From NCBI RefSeq assembly GCF_009834535.1, contig NC_045696.1, positions 24,182,001 through 24,246,000 of the forward strand: a stretch of DNA of 64,000 bases, in the 5' to 3' direction. Each line of letters opens with the position of its first letter. Position 1 is the first letter of the stretch. This DNA is from Camelus ferus (lineage: Eukaryota). A model generated the notes under the pieces. The model worked only from the letters and a program-made list of their open reading frames with translations, had not been told where the DNA came from and made no database searches. This document shows positions 26,650 to 36,900 of this stretch, piece after piece. A program made the translations under genes and the position numbers.

Positions 26650-27340
26650 TTTAAAAAAATATACAACTTTGTTTAGATATAATTTACATGCCACACAACT
26701 CAGTGGTTTTTAGTATATCCACAGAGTAGGGCAAACGTCTTGACAATCAAGTTAGGACACTTTTAGGACACTTTTACCACTCCAGAAAGAAATTCTATTA
26801 GCAGTTAATCCCCATTTCTTCCCAAACCCATCTCCAGCCCTAGGTAATCACCACTTTACTTTCTGTCTCTATAGGTTTGCATATTATGAATATTTCATTT
26901 AAGTGGAATCGTACAGCATGTAGTCTTTTGCTACTAGATTCTTTTACTCAGTGTAATCTTTTCCAGTTCATTCATGTTGTAACATGAATCAGTAGTTCAA
27001 CCCCTTTTTATTGCTGAGTAGTATTTCATTATAGGGCTATCCCACATTTTGTTTATCCATTCACTGATTGATGGATATTTGGGTTGTTTCCCTTTTTTGA
27101 TATTATGAAGAGTACAGGTGTAAACATTAATGTTCAATATGTTGTGGGGAGATAAAGCTTTCATTTCTCTAGGGTATATGCTTAGGAGTGGAATTGCTGG
27201 GTCAGACGGTAACTCTGTATTTAACCTTTAGAGGAACAGCCAGGCTTTCTCCCAAAGGGGTTGTAACATTTAAAATTTTCACTAGCAGTGTATGAGGGTT
27301 CCACTTATTCTACCTTCTCATCAATGCTTGTTCTTATCTG

Positions 27341-27403
<63 letters not shown>

Positions 27404-27980
27404 CATCATAGCCATTCTTAGTGAGTGGGAAGAGATATGGAATTTGCATTTCCCGGATGGCTAATGATATGGAGCACCTTCCCGTGTGCTTAATGTATAG
27501 CTTATTTGAAGAAATGTCTATTCATAGCTTTTGCTCATTAAAAAAACATAGTACAAGTCTTTTCATTAGTGAGTTGTAAGATATTTAAATATTCTAGATA
27601 GAAGTCTCTTGTCGGGTATAAGATTTGCAAAAGTTTTCCCCTATTCTGTGGGTTGTCTTTTCATTTTCTTGATAGTGTCCATTGAACCACAAATGATTTT
27701 AATTTGATTAAATCTGATATACTTATTTTTCCTTTTGTCACTTGTGCTTTTGGTGTCGTATCTAAGAAGGCTTTGCCTAATCAAGATCATAAAAATTTAT
27801 TACTATATTTCCTTCTAGGAGTTTTATAGTTTAATTCTTACATTTAGGTCTAAGATCCATTTTGAGTTAATTTTTGTGTTTGGTGTGAAAAAATGGTCAT
27901 ATTTCATCCTCTTCTATGAAGACATCCAGTTGTCCCTGCATCATTTAGTGAAAAGACTACTCTTTCTCCATTGAATTGTG
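26650..27980 (-). mobile_element. L1MB-type LINE 3' portion (~1.3 kb)
   Basis: Well-preserved antisense L1 text: aggagtggaattgctgggtca...tttgcatttccc...ttctgtgggttgtcttttcattttcttgatagtgtcc...ccattttgagttaatttttgtg...catcatttagtgaaaagactactctttctccattgaatt. Confidence 0.9.
27343..27402. repeat. (TTA)20 microsatellite inside the L1
   Basis: Uninterrupted run seen directly. Confidence 0.95.
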
Positions 27981-27992
27981 TGAAATCTTAGG

Positions 27993-28014
27993 GTGTGTGT
28001 GTGTGTGTGTGTGT
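27993..28014. repeat. (GT)11 microsatellite
   Basis: Seen directly. Confidence 0.95.
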
Positions 28015-28229
28015 ACTTGAAGGTGAAGGTTATTTTAGTTTGGTCTTGTGGAAAGATAAACTATATAAGAACTACATAAGAATTTTGTTTCTTAAACTAA
28101 AAATTTTAAAACAAATTTGTCATATTCTACGTCTATGTCTTTTGAGAGTCAAACAATTGGTAAGTGTACACCATGTTTTCTTTATAGCTTTCTTCCCTGC
28201 AGATTCTTAATAATTTCAGAAAACAGATA

Positions 28230-28575
28230 CATTCAGCCCTTGGTATCTGCAGGGGATTGGTTCCAGGATCCCCCATGAAACCAAAATCCTTAGATGCTCA
28301 AGTCTCATATAAAATGGCAGTAGATTTTGCACATAACCTAGGAACATCCTCCTTTAAACTTTAATCTCTAGATTACTTATAACAGCTAATGCAACGTAAA
28401 TACTATTTGAATAGTTGTAAATACAATGTTAAATGCTGTGTAAATAGTTGCTGGCAAACAAGAAGTTCAAGTTTTGTTTTTTGAAACTGTCTGGGAATTT
28501 TTTTTTTCAGAATATTTTCCATTCAGAGTTGGTTGAATCTGTGGATGTGAATCTGCAGATATGGAGGGCTGACCC
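28230..28575. mobile_element. MER2 (TcMar-Tigger) non-autonomous DNA transposon
   Basis: Terminal inverted repeats tcagcccttggtatctgcag / ctgcagatatggagggctga, TA on both flanks, internal gattggttccaggatcccc...gatgctcaagtc. Confidence 0.85.
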
Positions 28576-29110
28576 TACATACTTTGCTTTAGTTGAAGGT
28601 TATCTGAATAAAATCTCTAAAAATTATTAGGATCATATTTTACTCAATTGATTTATTATAGGGATGTATGTTTGTGAAATCCCAAAAAGAAATGTTGTAT
28701 TCATTTATGACAGGACTGCTTAATAAATGAGTTCTACACGACCCATTTCTTTATCTTACATAAAATGATAGGGCTCCAGGTAGTATTTACATTCAGTTGT
28801 TTGGACAAATTATGCTGTTGTATTATCAAAACTGACAGGTTTTCCTTAACTTCACTGGGATTTCTTGGCTTTTTGGACCCCTTCACTATATTAGACATTG
28901 CCTTGTTTTGGGAATGAGAAGGCATTGTCCACATTTGCATGTCATTAAAGTATCTGTCTTTTTCTTGCACATTTTCAGCTGTTTGTATGCAATTATTTTC
29001 AGACTTTTCTTTTTTAAGATCCAGTATTCAGGATTCATTTCAGTGTAAAAATTGAGTGCCCTGGTTTTGCCAGTCCTTGGCACTCGTGCTCCACCGAAAG
29101 TAAAAGGGCT

Positions 29111-29238
29111 CCAATCTCATTAGAAAAAACTGCACAATAACTTGCAGACAGGATATATAAACATCTTCACTTTACCACTTCAGTCCTTCCTCGGTCCTCA
29201 GGGCACATGCTTACTGCTGCAGCTTCAGGCAGGTGAGC
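29111..29238 (+). promoter_or_regulatory. Candidate CCAAT-TATA-Inr promoter with short first exon and splice donor
   Basis: CCAAT 29111-29115, TATATAAA 29154-29161, TCAGTCC 29180-29186, CAG|GTGAGC after 29232. Motif geometry only. Confidence 0.35.
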
Positions 29239-29705
29239 ACCTCAAACAAAAGCTAGGGTGGATTTTGATAAGCAAATGAGCATGGAAGAACTGAAGAGCA
29301 AAACCCTGGGCTTCTATAGGCAGGAAGATGCTTGACAGTAACTAGCAGAGAGATAGTCCTGAATTCCAAGACTTTTTTTTTTTTTTTAAGTTCATTCAAC
29401 CCCAAATTTATAGTGTTTTATTTCTGCTATAAAATCAGTGCACATTTACAGTCATCACCAGAGTTAATAGAAATAGAAGTGGTTGTAACTATGGTATGGT
29501 TAATGAAGACACAGAACATCAAATGTCAACTTTGCTGATTCTGTAATTGGTATAAAAGCCCAGACACAAGAAAGTGGTCTTTACAACATAGTATAGCTAG
29601 ACACCAGTAGTTAACGCAAAATCTTAAATTTAACAAGATTGAGATTTTCATCTGAAGAAAATTTCCTTTAACGGCACTGTGAAAGATTTCATCTATCCTC
29701 TAGAG

Positions 29706-30015
29706 CTACATAATCCCATATGGGAGCCAACAGTCACAGGTGGCTATTAAGCACTTGAAGGTGACCAGTCCAAATCAGGATGTGCTGGGGGTGTAAAACC
29801 CACACTGGATTCTGGAAACCTAGTGTGAATGAAAAAATGTAAAATATCTAATGAAAAATGTTTATGTTGTGTACACATTGAAATAGTATTTTTATATATG
29901 GGGTTAAATATTATTAAAATTAATTTTCCCTATTTTTTGTATTTTTAAAATGTGGCTACTAGAAAATTTTAAAAGTACATGTATATCTCACATTTATTTT
30001 TATTGGACAGGGCTC
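29706..30015. mobile_element. MER33 (hAT-Charlie) element
   Basis: cacaggtggctattaagcacttgaa...aatgtggctactagaaaatttt...tattggacag; 8-bp target duplication ctctagag (29698-29705) / ctctaaag (30016-30023). Confidence 0.8.
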
Positions 30016-31663
30016 CTCTAAAGGCAGAGGGACTATAACAGTGTAGTTACACTGGAATTATGTCTGTATATATTTCTGTCAGCTGTCATAGTTCATTAGT
30101 CACTAGTTCCTAGTCTACAATGTGGGTTCAGTACTTCTCAATGTATATTTTTGATTTCTTCACACCTTGCTACTGTTAAACAGTCTCTTGAGAACCCCTT
30201 TCCCACTTTGCTTACTTGGTAAATTCTTCTCACCTTTTAATGGCCAGTTGAAGCGTTATTTTCTCCGTAAAGTTTTCTCTGAACTCCCTCATCCCACATC
30301 ACTACCCTAAGTGGAAATAAAGAGTCTGTCCTCTAGACTATGTCTGTATCTTGCCCAGTATCTACAGAATGCCTCCTGTTTGCTGAGCACAGGAATAGGT
30401 GGTGGAGTTATCCAAACGTAAACGAGAGACCCTGTGCCCTAGAGCTTGCATTGAGAATGGGATATAGATAAGGAAACATCCAGTCACCAACGGGTGTGAA
30501 AAATGCTGTAACAGGAGAGACTCAGGGAGCACATGATAAGCATGCCTCTCCCAGACTTCTTTGTGGTGGGTAAACAAACTGAGGCTGAACTGTAAGTATC
30601 TGATCCCATAGGAATCCTGGGTTTGTAAAAACACTTTTGTGTTTAACTATATAAGCTCAAGGGCATCTTTTTCACACCACGATCTATTAAAATAAGAGTT
30701 GTCTTCAAAATACAAATTACTGAATAGGCATTCTTATATTACATATATGCCCCAGTATCCTTGCAATGACTCTCTTAGCCAGGAAATTTAGGTATTGATT
30801 TTTGAAAAACAAAGAACAACAACAAAACAGCCCCAACACAATTAGAATGATTAAGTAAAAATGAATTCCACCAAAGGTGTGCAATTTACTTAACACTAAT
30901 GCACTATTAAAAAGAGCTCAGGATTTCAATAACTGGATTTCTGTGGGGTTGAGACAGTAGATTAATAACGAAGTGAGCGTCTTTATTAAGTCATCTAACA
31001 TATTGCAGTAGACTTTTTAACACTAGTGTTGGAGGGCAGGACCAATACTTGGCTTGTTGGGTTAATTGTGTAAACTTACTTAGTAGGAGGTTTTTATCTA
31101 CCAACTGCAGTGATCTAACACCCAGTTAGGAAGCAAAAAGAATGCTTTTCAAAGCAACATTTGAGTAGTCCATCTATCACAAAGTCTATGCACTTAGTTT
31201 CGTGTGCCTTACTCCTTGGTAAGTGCATTTAGTTTTACTTTAGACTGAATTGCGGCAAGCGAGGCTACCTAGATTCTCAGTCTGCACCAGACTAAAAGCT
31301 GCCAGTCAGAAGAGAAGGAGAATGTTGGAGGCAGGCTCGCTGGCAAAAGAGAGAAAAGACAACAGATTGCTAGTTAGGGAATGGGGAGAGAGAGAACCTA
31401 CAAAAGGTAGAGATAATCGCTCAGGCATAGTATCCTGGAGTCCTTCAGCACAGGGACTGATGGTTTATATACCTCCTGGGAGCGTCCCTAACACCTAGGG
31501 AGAAGCCTGATAGAGAGTAGGAACTTGATGTATTTAGTAAATCCACTATAACTTTAAATAAAATTAACCCTGAATTTTCAAGTAAAATTCAAATAAACTG
31601 TTCAAGAAAACAGAAACATTTATAATACAGTTTAGAAAATACTTGGATAACAGTTAAAAAAGT

Positions 31664-31692
31664 GTTTGTTTGTTTGTTTGTTTGTTTGTTTG
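31664..31692. repeat. (GTTT)7 microsatellite
   Basis: Seen directly. Confidence 0.9.
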
Positions 31693-32992
31693 AAGAAGTT
31701 TCACTCCTTAAAGGGCCAACTCCAATTATGCTGATCATCACTTAATTGGAGCAGTTGGCTTTGCATCAATCCTGGATAAATGTTGTGCTATAGAACAGCA
31801 GACTTTACTAAGTTGCCTTGAGCAGATTTCAAACAATGTTATATGCAAATAATAAGCTATCATATGAGGTTTAAGCTATATAAGATGGCAACAGATTGCA
31901 CAGTTGAATTACTAGGGTGATGTAAAATAATCGTTCTAAAAGTTGTTCTAATCCACCATCACCATTAAGAAAAATATTCCTACCCTGTGCCCAGCACTGT
32001 GCTAGGAGCTTTATTAAACATTAATTTGAAAAATTACTTTCACTTTTAAGATTATAAAGGTATTCCAAAATGCTCATTCATATTTGTACAGGTTAAATGA
32101 CATTCTAAATGCACAACACAGCCATTACATAACAGGCATAGAACACTGCTTTATGACTCCGATAGTTTTTTTTCAAGTGCACTATTAACTCTTATTTTCA
32201 AATGCTATCGAATTCTTAAGGACGTGAAAATCTACGTATGAGGATGGAGTGCCTCATCCACTCACTTGTGTAATAAGTATTTTAACACAGGCATGCCATT
32301 TCGGAGTTTAAAGTGAGGCTAAGCTGTACTTCAGCGTTTTTGCAGCAAGCAAAAAACAATTTCAGCAACGGTACTCATTTCCCCTGGTAATTTTTTTTTT
32401 TTTTTCATGGCGAGTTACTAAATGCTAGATGCTAGAGTCAAAAAGAAACCTGACATCTGGGGAGGTGTTGAGGGGGTGTTAATAGTTCTAGTTAGATGTT
32501 TGGGGAGCGTTGAGGATACGATTTTAAAACAGCAAACACAGGGAGAAGGGGGAAATTATGGTTTCCTATTGACTCTCTCCTCCCTCCGCTTTCTTCACCA
32601 ATCCATATCCCCCCTCCCCCAAATTTAGAGGCGGGTTCAGCGAGATTAGGCTGAAGGAAACCGAGAGTCTCCACAGAGCTGCCGCCCTGGCCTCGTGATG
32701 TAATTGTTATTTCTTATTCGGAGACGGAACTGAGGAGAGCTGCCGAAGAAGTGGCAGCCCCGTTCCTTTCGCCTCGTCTCGTAGGGTCAGATTCTTCCCG
32801 GGGATGATGTAGATTTGCTGACAGACTCCGGCTGGAGACTTCGCAGTGACAAAGCAGCTGAAGATTAACCCTGCTCCTGGGTCCTCCGTCCATCCGAGGA
32901 GCTGACCGGGGCACTCCTCAGGTCTCCTTCCCAGTCTTCCTCTCGGAGTCGCTCCACATGTATTCCTGGGTGCCTCCTATGTGCTGGGCGTA

Positions 32993-33007
32993 AGGTCAAA
33001 GTGACCT
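32993..33007. promoter_or_regulatory. NRIP1: Perfect palindromic oestrogen response element AGGTCAaagTGACCT
   Basis: Exact IR3 consensus in the sequence, ~650 bp upstream of the likely TSS; a proximal ERE is an established feature of the NRIP1 promoter. Confidence 0.9.
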
Positions 33008-33649
33008 GCAGTTAGTGCCCTTGCCCCCCCTCCCCCCGCCAAGATTAAAGCGAGACACACAGATTACAAGGTGGTGGAAGTTGGGGGTGGGCGAGAGGGG
33101 GCCCAGGGGAAACGTGTCGTGGGGTCAAATGGGAGGAGGGGGACCCTAAGCCGCCGGCACCCAGGAGGGAACGCGGGACGCACCGAACCCCGGCTGTGCC
33201 CCCAAGGCGAGCCTTCGGCCCGGGTAATGAGATCGAGCCCCTGGGCCCCGGGAAAAGCTGTCTGGGTGCCTTTGGCGGTCGGGGGGCGGCTGGACAGAGC
33301 CGAGAGCCGCCGGGGACAGCTCCGGCGCGTGGAGCAACCGCTTCGCCTCGCCGCCGGGGGCCTCCTGCCGCCCAGGGGCCCTGCGGCCCCCGCCTGGCCG
33401 TCCGGAGCGGGCGAGGAGGAAAATCACCAAATCGAGGGGGCTCCTCAGCTCCCGCGAGCCGCCGGGACCCGAGTGCCTTCCTCCTGCCCCAGTGACAATG
33501 GGAAAGAGGGGGAAAAAAGGGTTAAGAAACTTGGCTGAAGAGCTGAATGGCGTGGAGCTGCGAGGGGAGGGACTGGGCCGCGGCGGACTCGGCGGCGGAG
33601 GGAGGAGCGCGGCTGCGGGCGGGCGGCGAGCGAGGCGCTCAAAGTCAGC

Positions 33650-33926
33650 CTCGCAGACATTGCAGCAGAGCCCCGAACTCGGGAGGCGGCGGCGGCGGAG
33701 GAGGAGGCGGAGGAGGAGGCGGCGGCCGAGGCGGAGGGACGACCCGGCCCCACGCCCGCCCGCTCGCGCGCCCGCCCGTGGCCTCGCGTCCGCCGCTGCG
33801 CTCGGGAGCGCTGCCGGTCGGAGGGGAGAGCCGGCTGGGGCGCCGAGGGAGGAAGGACGGGGCGGCGGGGCGCCTTCGCGGAGTGAGCCGGCCGGAGCTC
33901 GAGGCTCGGAGCCGCGGCGGCTTCGG
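33650..33926 (+). other. NRIP1: NRIP1 non-coding exon 1 (5'UTR); TSS approximate
   Basis: Ends ggagccgcggcggcttcgg|GTGAGT (strong donor at 33927). gcagacattgcagcagagccccgaactcggg and ggcgccttcgcgga...ggagccgcggcggc match my recollection of the human NRIP1 5'UTR. Confidence 0.85.
33682..33726 (+). repeat. Compound triplet tract GGA(GGC)4(GGA)3GGC(GGA)3(GGC)3
   Basis: 15 consecutive GGM triplets counted directly inside exon 1. Confidence 0.95.
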
Positions 33927-36900
33927 GTGAGTGGCGGCCACGGCCGGGGGGCTTGGAGGAGCGGCCGGCGGCGCCGCCGGAAACGGCCCGGGAGTGCGGC
34001 CCGCGGCGGGTTGGCGTTGGCGGGCAGGGCCGCGAGGGCGTCGGGGCGGCGGGGCCAGCGCTGCCGGCGGCGGGAGAAGACGCGGACCGCGGGGTGGGCT
34101 CGGCGGCGGCTGGGGAGGTCTGGGGATCGTTTCCGGGGAAATCCCGCCTCTTCGGCTGGGTCCGAGTCTCCCTGGGAACTCGAGGGCCGGGGCAGCGGGG
34201 CCGGCAAGTTATGGAGTTGGCGCCGGGCTCACCGGCGCGTCCGTGCCAGTCGTGGGCCGAGGGGCAGCCGCCGTGGGGTGGAGGTGGGCTGAGCCGGGCC
34301 GGGCACCGGGGGCCGGGGTCGCGCCCCGCTCGGCTGCCCCCTTGGTCCGAGTCCCGGGCGTTTCTCTTTCTCGCCGCGCGGCTCTCAGTCCTGCTGCCCC
34401 GGGCGTCCTGGGCGGCGCCGGGTGCAGCTCCCCGCCTCTCGCCCGGGTGCCTCCCTGCTCTGTGCTCGGGGGATCCTGGGCCGGGGAAAGTGAAGAGAAA
34501 AAGGGACCGCGTTCCCGGGCCCCCCGCAGACCCCCGGGCCTGGCCCGTCCGTACTTGTCTTTCCCCTCCCGAGGGCGAGGCCCCTGGGACTCGAGGCCTC
34601 AACCATCACATTACCCCGGAGCCAGAATTCCGGCTCACACTTAGAGTGAGCCCCGTGCACGTCCTGGGAGGCTTCGGAAGGCTTCTTTTTTCTCTCTTCT
34701 ATCTGTGTGCTCTTACTATTACTAGTGAACGTTGTTGTTTTATGAGGGATTTCCCTAGAAATAGTCTACAAACCCTCACATCCTTTCCAAAGTAGTTTCC
34801 AAATTTTAATCAGGAGTTGGTGTTCGGTGTGAAGGAACAAAGGAATCAACTGTGTCTTAGAGGCGAACTAGCTGGGAGTCTGACACATGTTGATCTCTGA
34901 AGCATTACAGGAGTTTCTACCTTCTATCTCGTTAGGGATTCAGTTGAGTTCTGAAGATAGTAAAAGAAAAACAGATTAAGTACTTTAGCGTTAAAACGTT
35001 TTGTTAATAGAGAATTTAAGTTTGGAAAAAAATTAAGACGTTCCTAGCTACAAAGATTTTTCAGTCAGTTGGTGGAATTGAGTTGGAGTTTGTGTCTCCG
35101 GTAATGTAAAATGATTAAATGTGAGATTGTGTGGGAAAAACTGTTTTTAGAGGAAGAGAGACCATCTCTAGGTGTCCAAAGTAAAAATAGTTGTTGGGTT
35201 ATATATGATGAATGCTCTTTACATTTTGGGGAGATTTGTGAAGCAAAGGACTTTGGTAATTCATTGTTTTAAGTTACGAATTGCATTGAACCTGCTTATT
35301 AGTGAATCACAGGTTTAGCAAGTGGGTGGCATCTTCCTGATGTGATTATTCAATGTTTAATCACCAGTTTGCCACCTTTGTTGAAGAGACACTGAAATAA
35401 GTGGACTTGTTAAACAAATGGTGCTTCGTCTGCCTGGCATGTAAGAGTGGGTTGCTGTTTGGAGTATGTTGAAATGTTTTTCCACTTCTAAGTAAGTTGC
35501 TCTGGTTTTGTCCAGCGGTTTGCTGATGTGGATTGGGTTTAACTGGTTCACAGAGTAGTGGCTTCATCACCAGTAGTAACTTTTCTTTGCCTGGAATTAG
35601 TTTCTAGAGACAAAGAAGGCAAGCAGTCAGTGGAATAGCCACTACCCTGCAGGCTGTAGGATTGTTACTTTAGTCTGTTTCATGCTCTCTGGGGGGGTGG
35701 GGGAGACCCCTTTCCGTACTTAACCACTGAAAGTGCTCGAGGAGGGTGAGTAAAATATGTATTAAAAACAAACAGAAAGAGGACTCCTCATTGTTGGTTT
35801 TACTCCAGTGAGCTCTCTACCATCTCAAAGAAAACCAGGTTTAGTACCTGGACTCACTTCCTGCATGTGTCTTCAAACTCTGTAGAACTTACATTTTACT
35901 AATTTAACACCCTAAAATAGTGTAAGTTTGGAATAAAAAAGTGTCAGTAAAAGAGGCTAAAAGCTCTTCTGACTCTTGCAGTTTTAAGAGCAAAACATCA
36001 TGATAAAAAATAACCTATACCACCACCTAGAGTCTGTTTGTTAGTTTATTGCTCCTGAAGTTTGCTTAAATTGACATGTCTCTTGTGGTTCCAAGATAGC
36101 CAAAAAATTATTAAGAGGCGCTGGCTTTCAAAAGGCCATCCGAGGGAACAATTATTTGTATAATAAATAGCAAGTGCCAGTTTAAATTAACCATGCTACC
36201 TTTAGCATTGAAAATTATGGTGTATCAAGTTGAATGGGCTATTCCCCAAAAGATATTAATTCAAAAGAATTTAAAACACACAAATTTTCAGTTTGTGCTC
36301 CAGAGTAGCTCTGATTGCTTAAAGCTTCTCTGCATTGTTTTGTTGCCAGGGATTCAAGAAACCTTTCAAAGTAAATACTATTAGGACTTTTTGAGGTCCA
36401 GGTGAAACAAAAGCAACGAGCAAATAAAAACAGAAGCGAATATCACAACTCCAGAAAATCTGGAAACTCTTAAGGGTAAGAGAGAATGTAGGCTGTAGCA
36501 GAGTTGTAGTTCAGACATGCGAAAAGTAAAATCAACATGAAATAAAGCGGCGATCTGCCTTGCTGGCAGTTTATACACAGTAAAGCAGTCTGTCAAATGG
36601 GAGACCTCAGCAAGGCCGCTTTGTTGCCATGTGGCTTAGCGCATTGTCCATGGAGGAAGTAGCTTTCCTTGTTTAAATGGTGTAACCCGAGAGAAAGATG
36701 GCCTCCAAGATCTTTAATTAAATACCAGTTGAACAGAGAAAACTAGAGCACTGTATTAATTCCATCAAACATCACTATTTTAGAACATTGAGGACAACTA
36801 AAAATGAATTAACTCATATCTGAAAGCAGAGTTTTATGGAAGGTGACAGATGAGGCAAAATATGTCAGTCTAATGGCACAAATGGGGAGATAAGGAGATA

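Larger units (their letters stand above)
32580..34740. promoter_or_regulatory. NRIP1: CpG-island promoter of NRIP1
   Basis: Sharp switch to very high GC and CpG density with multiple GGGCGG boxes; contains exon 1 and its donor. Confidence 0.92.

Noticed and set aside
32260..32268. Minus-strand donor CAA|GTGAGT as evidence of a divergent lncRNA
   Set aside because: A single 9-mer with no partner exon identified; expected by chance.
33071..34795. Many long overlapping ORFs (up to 385 aa) on both strands of the CpG island
   Set aside because: Stop-codon scarcity in very GC-rich DNA; low-complexity R/G/A/P products, no recognisable domain, and most run through the exon 1 donor.
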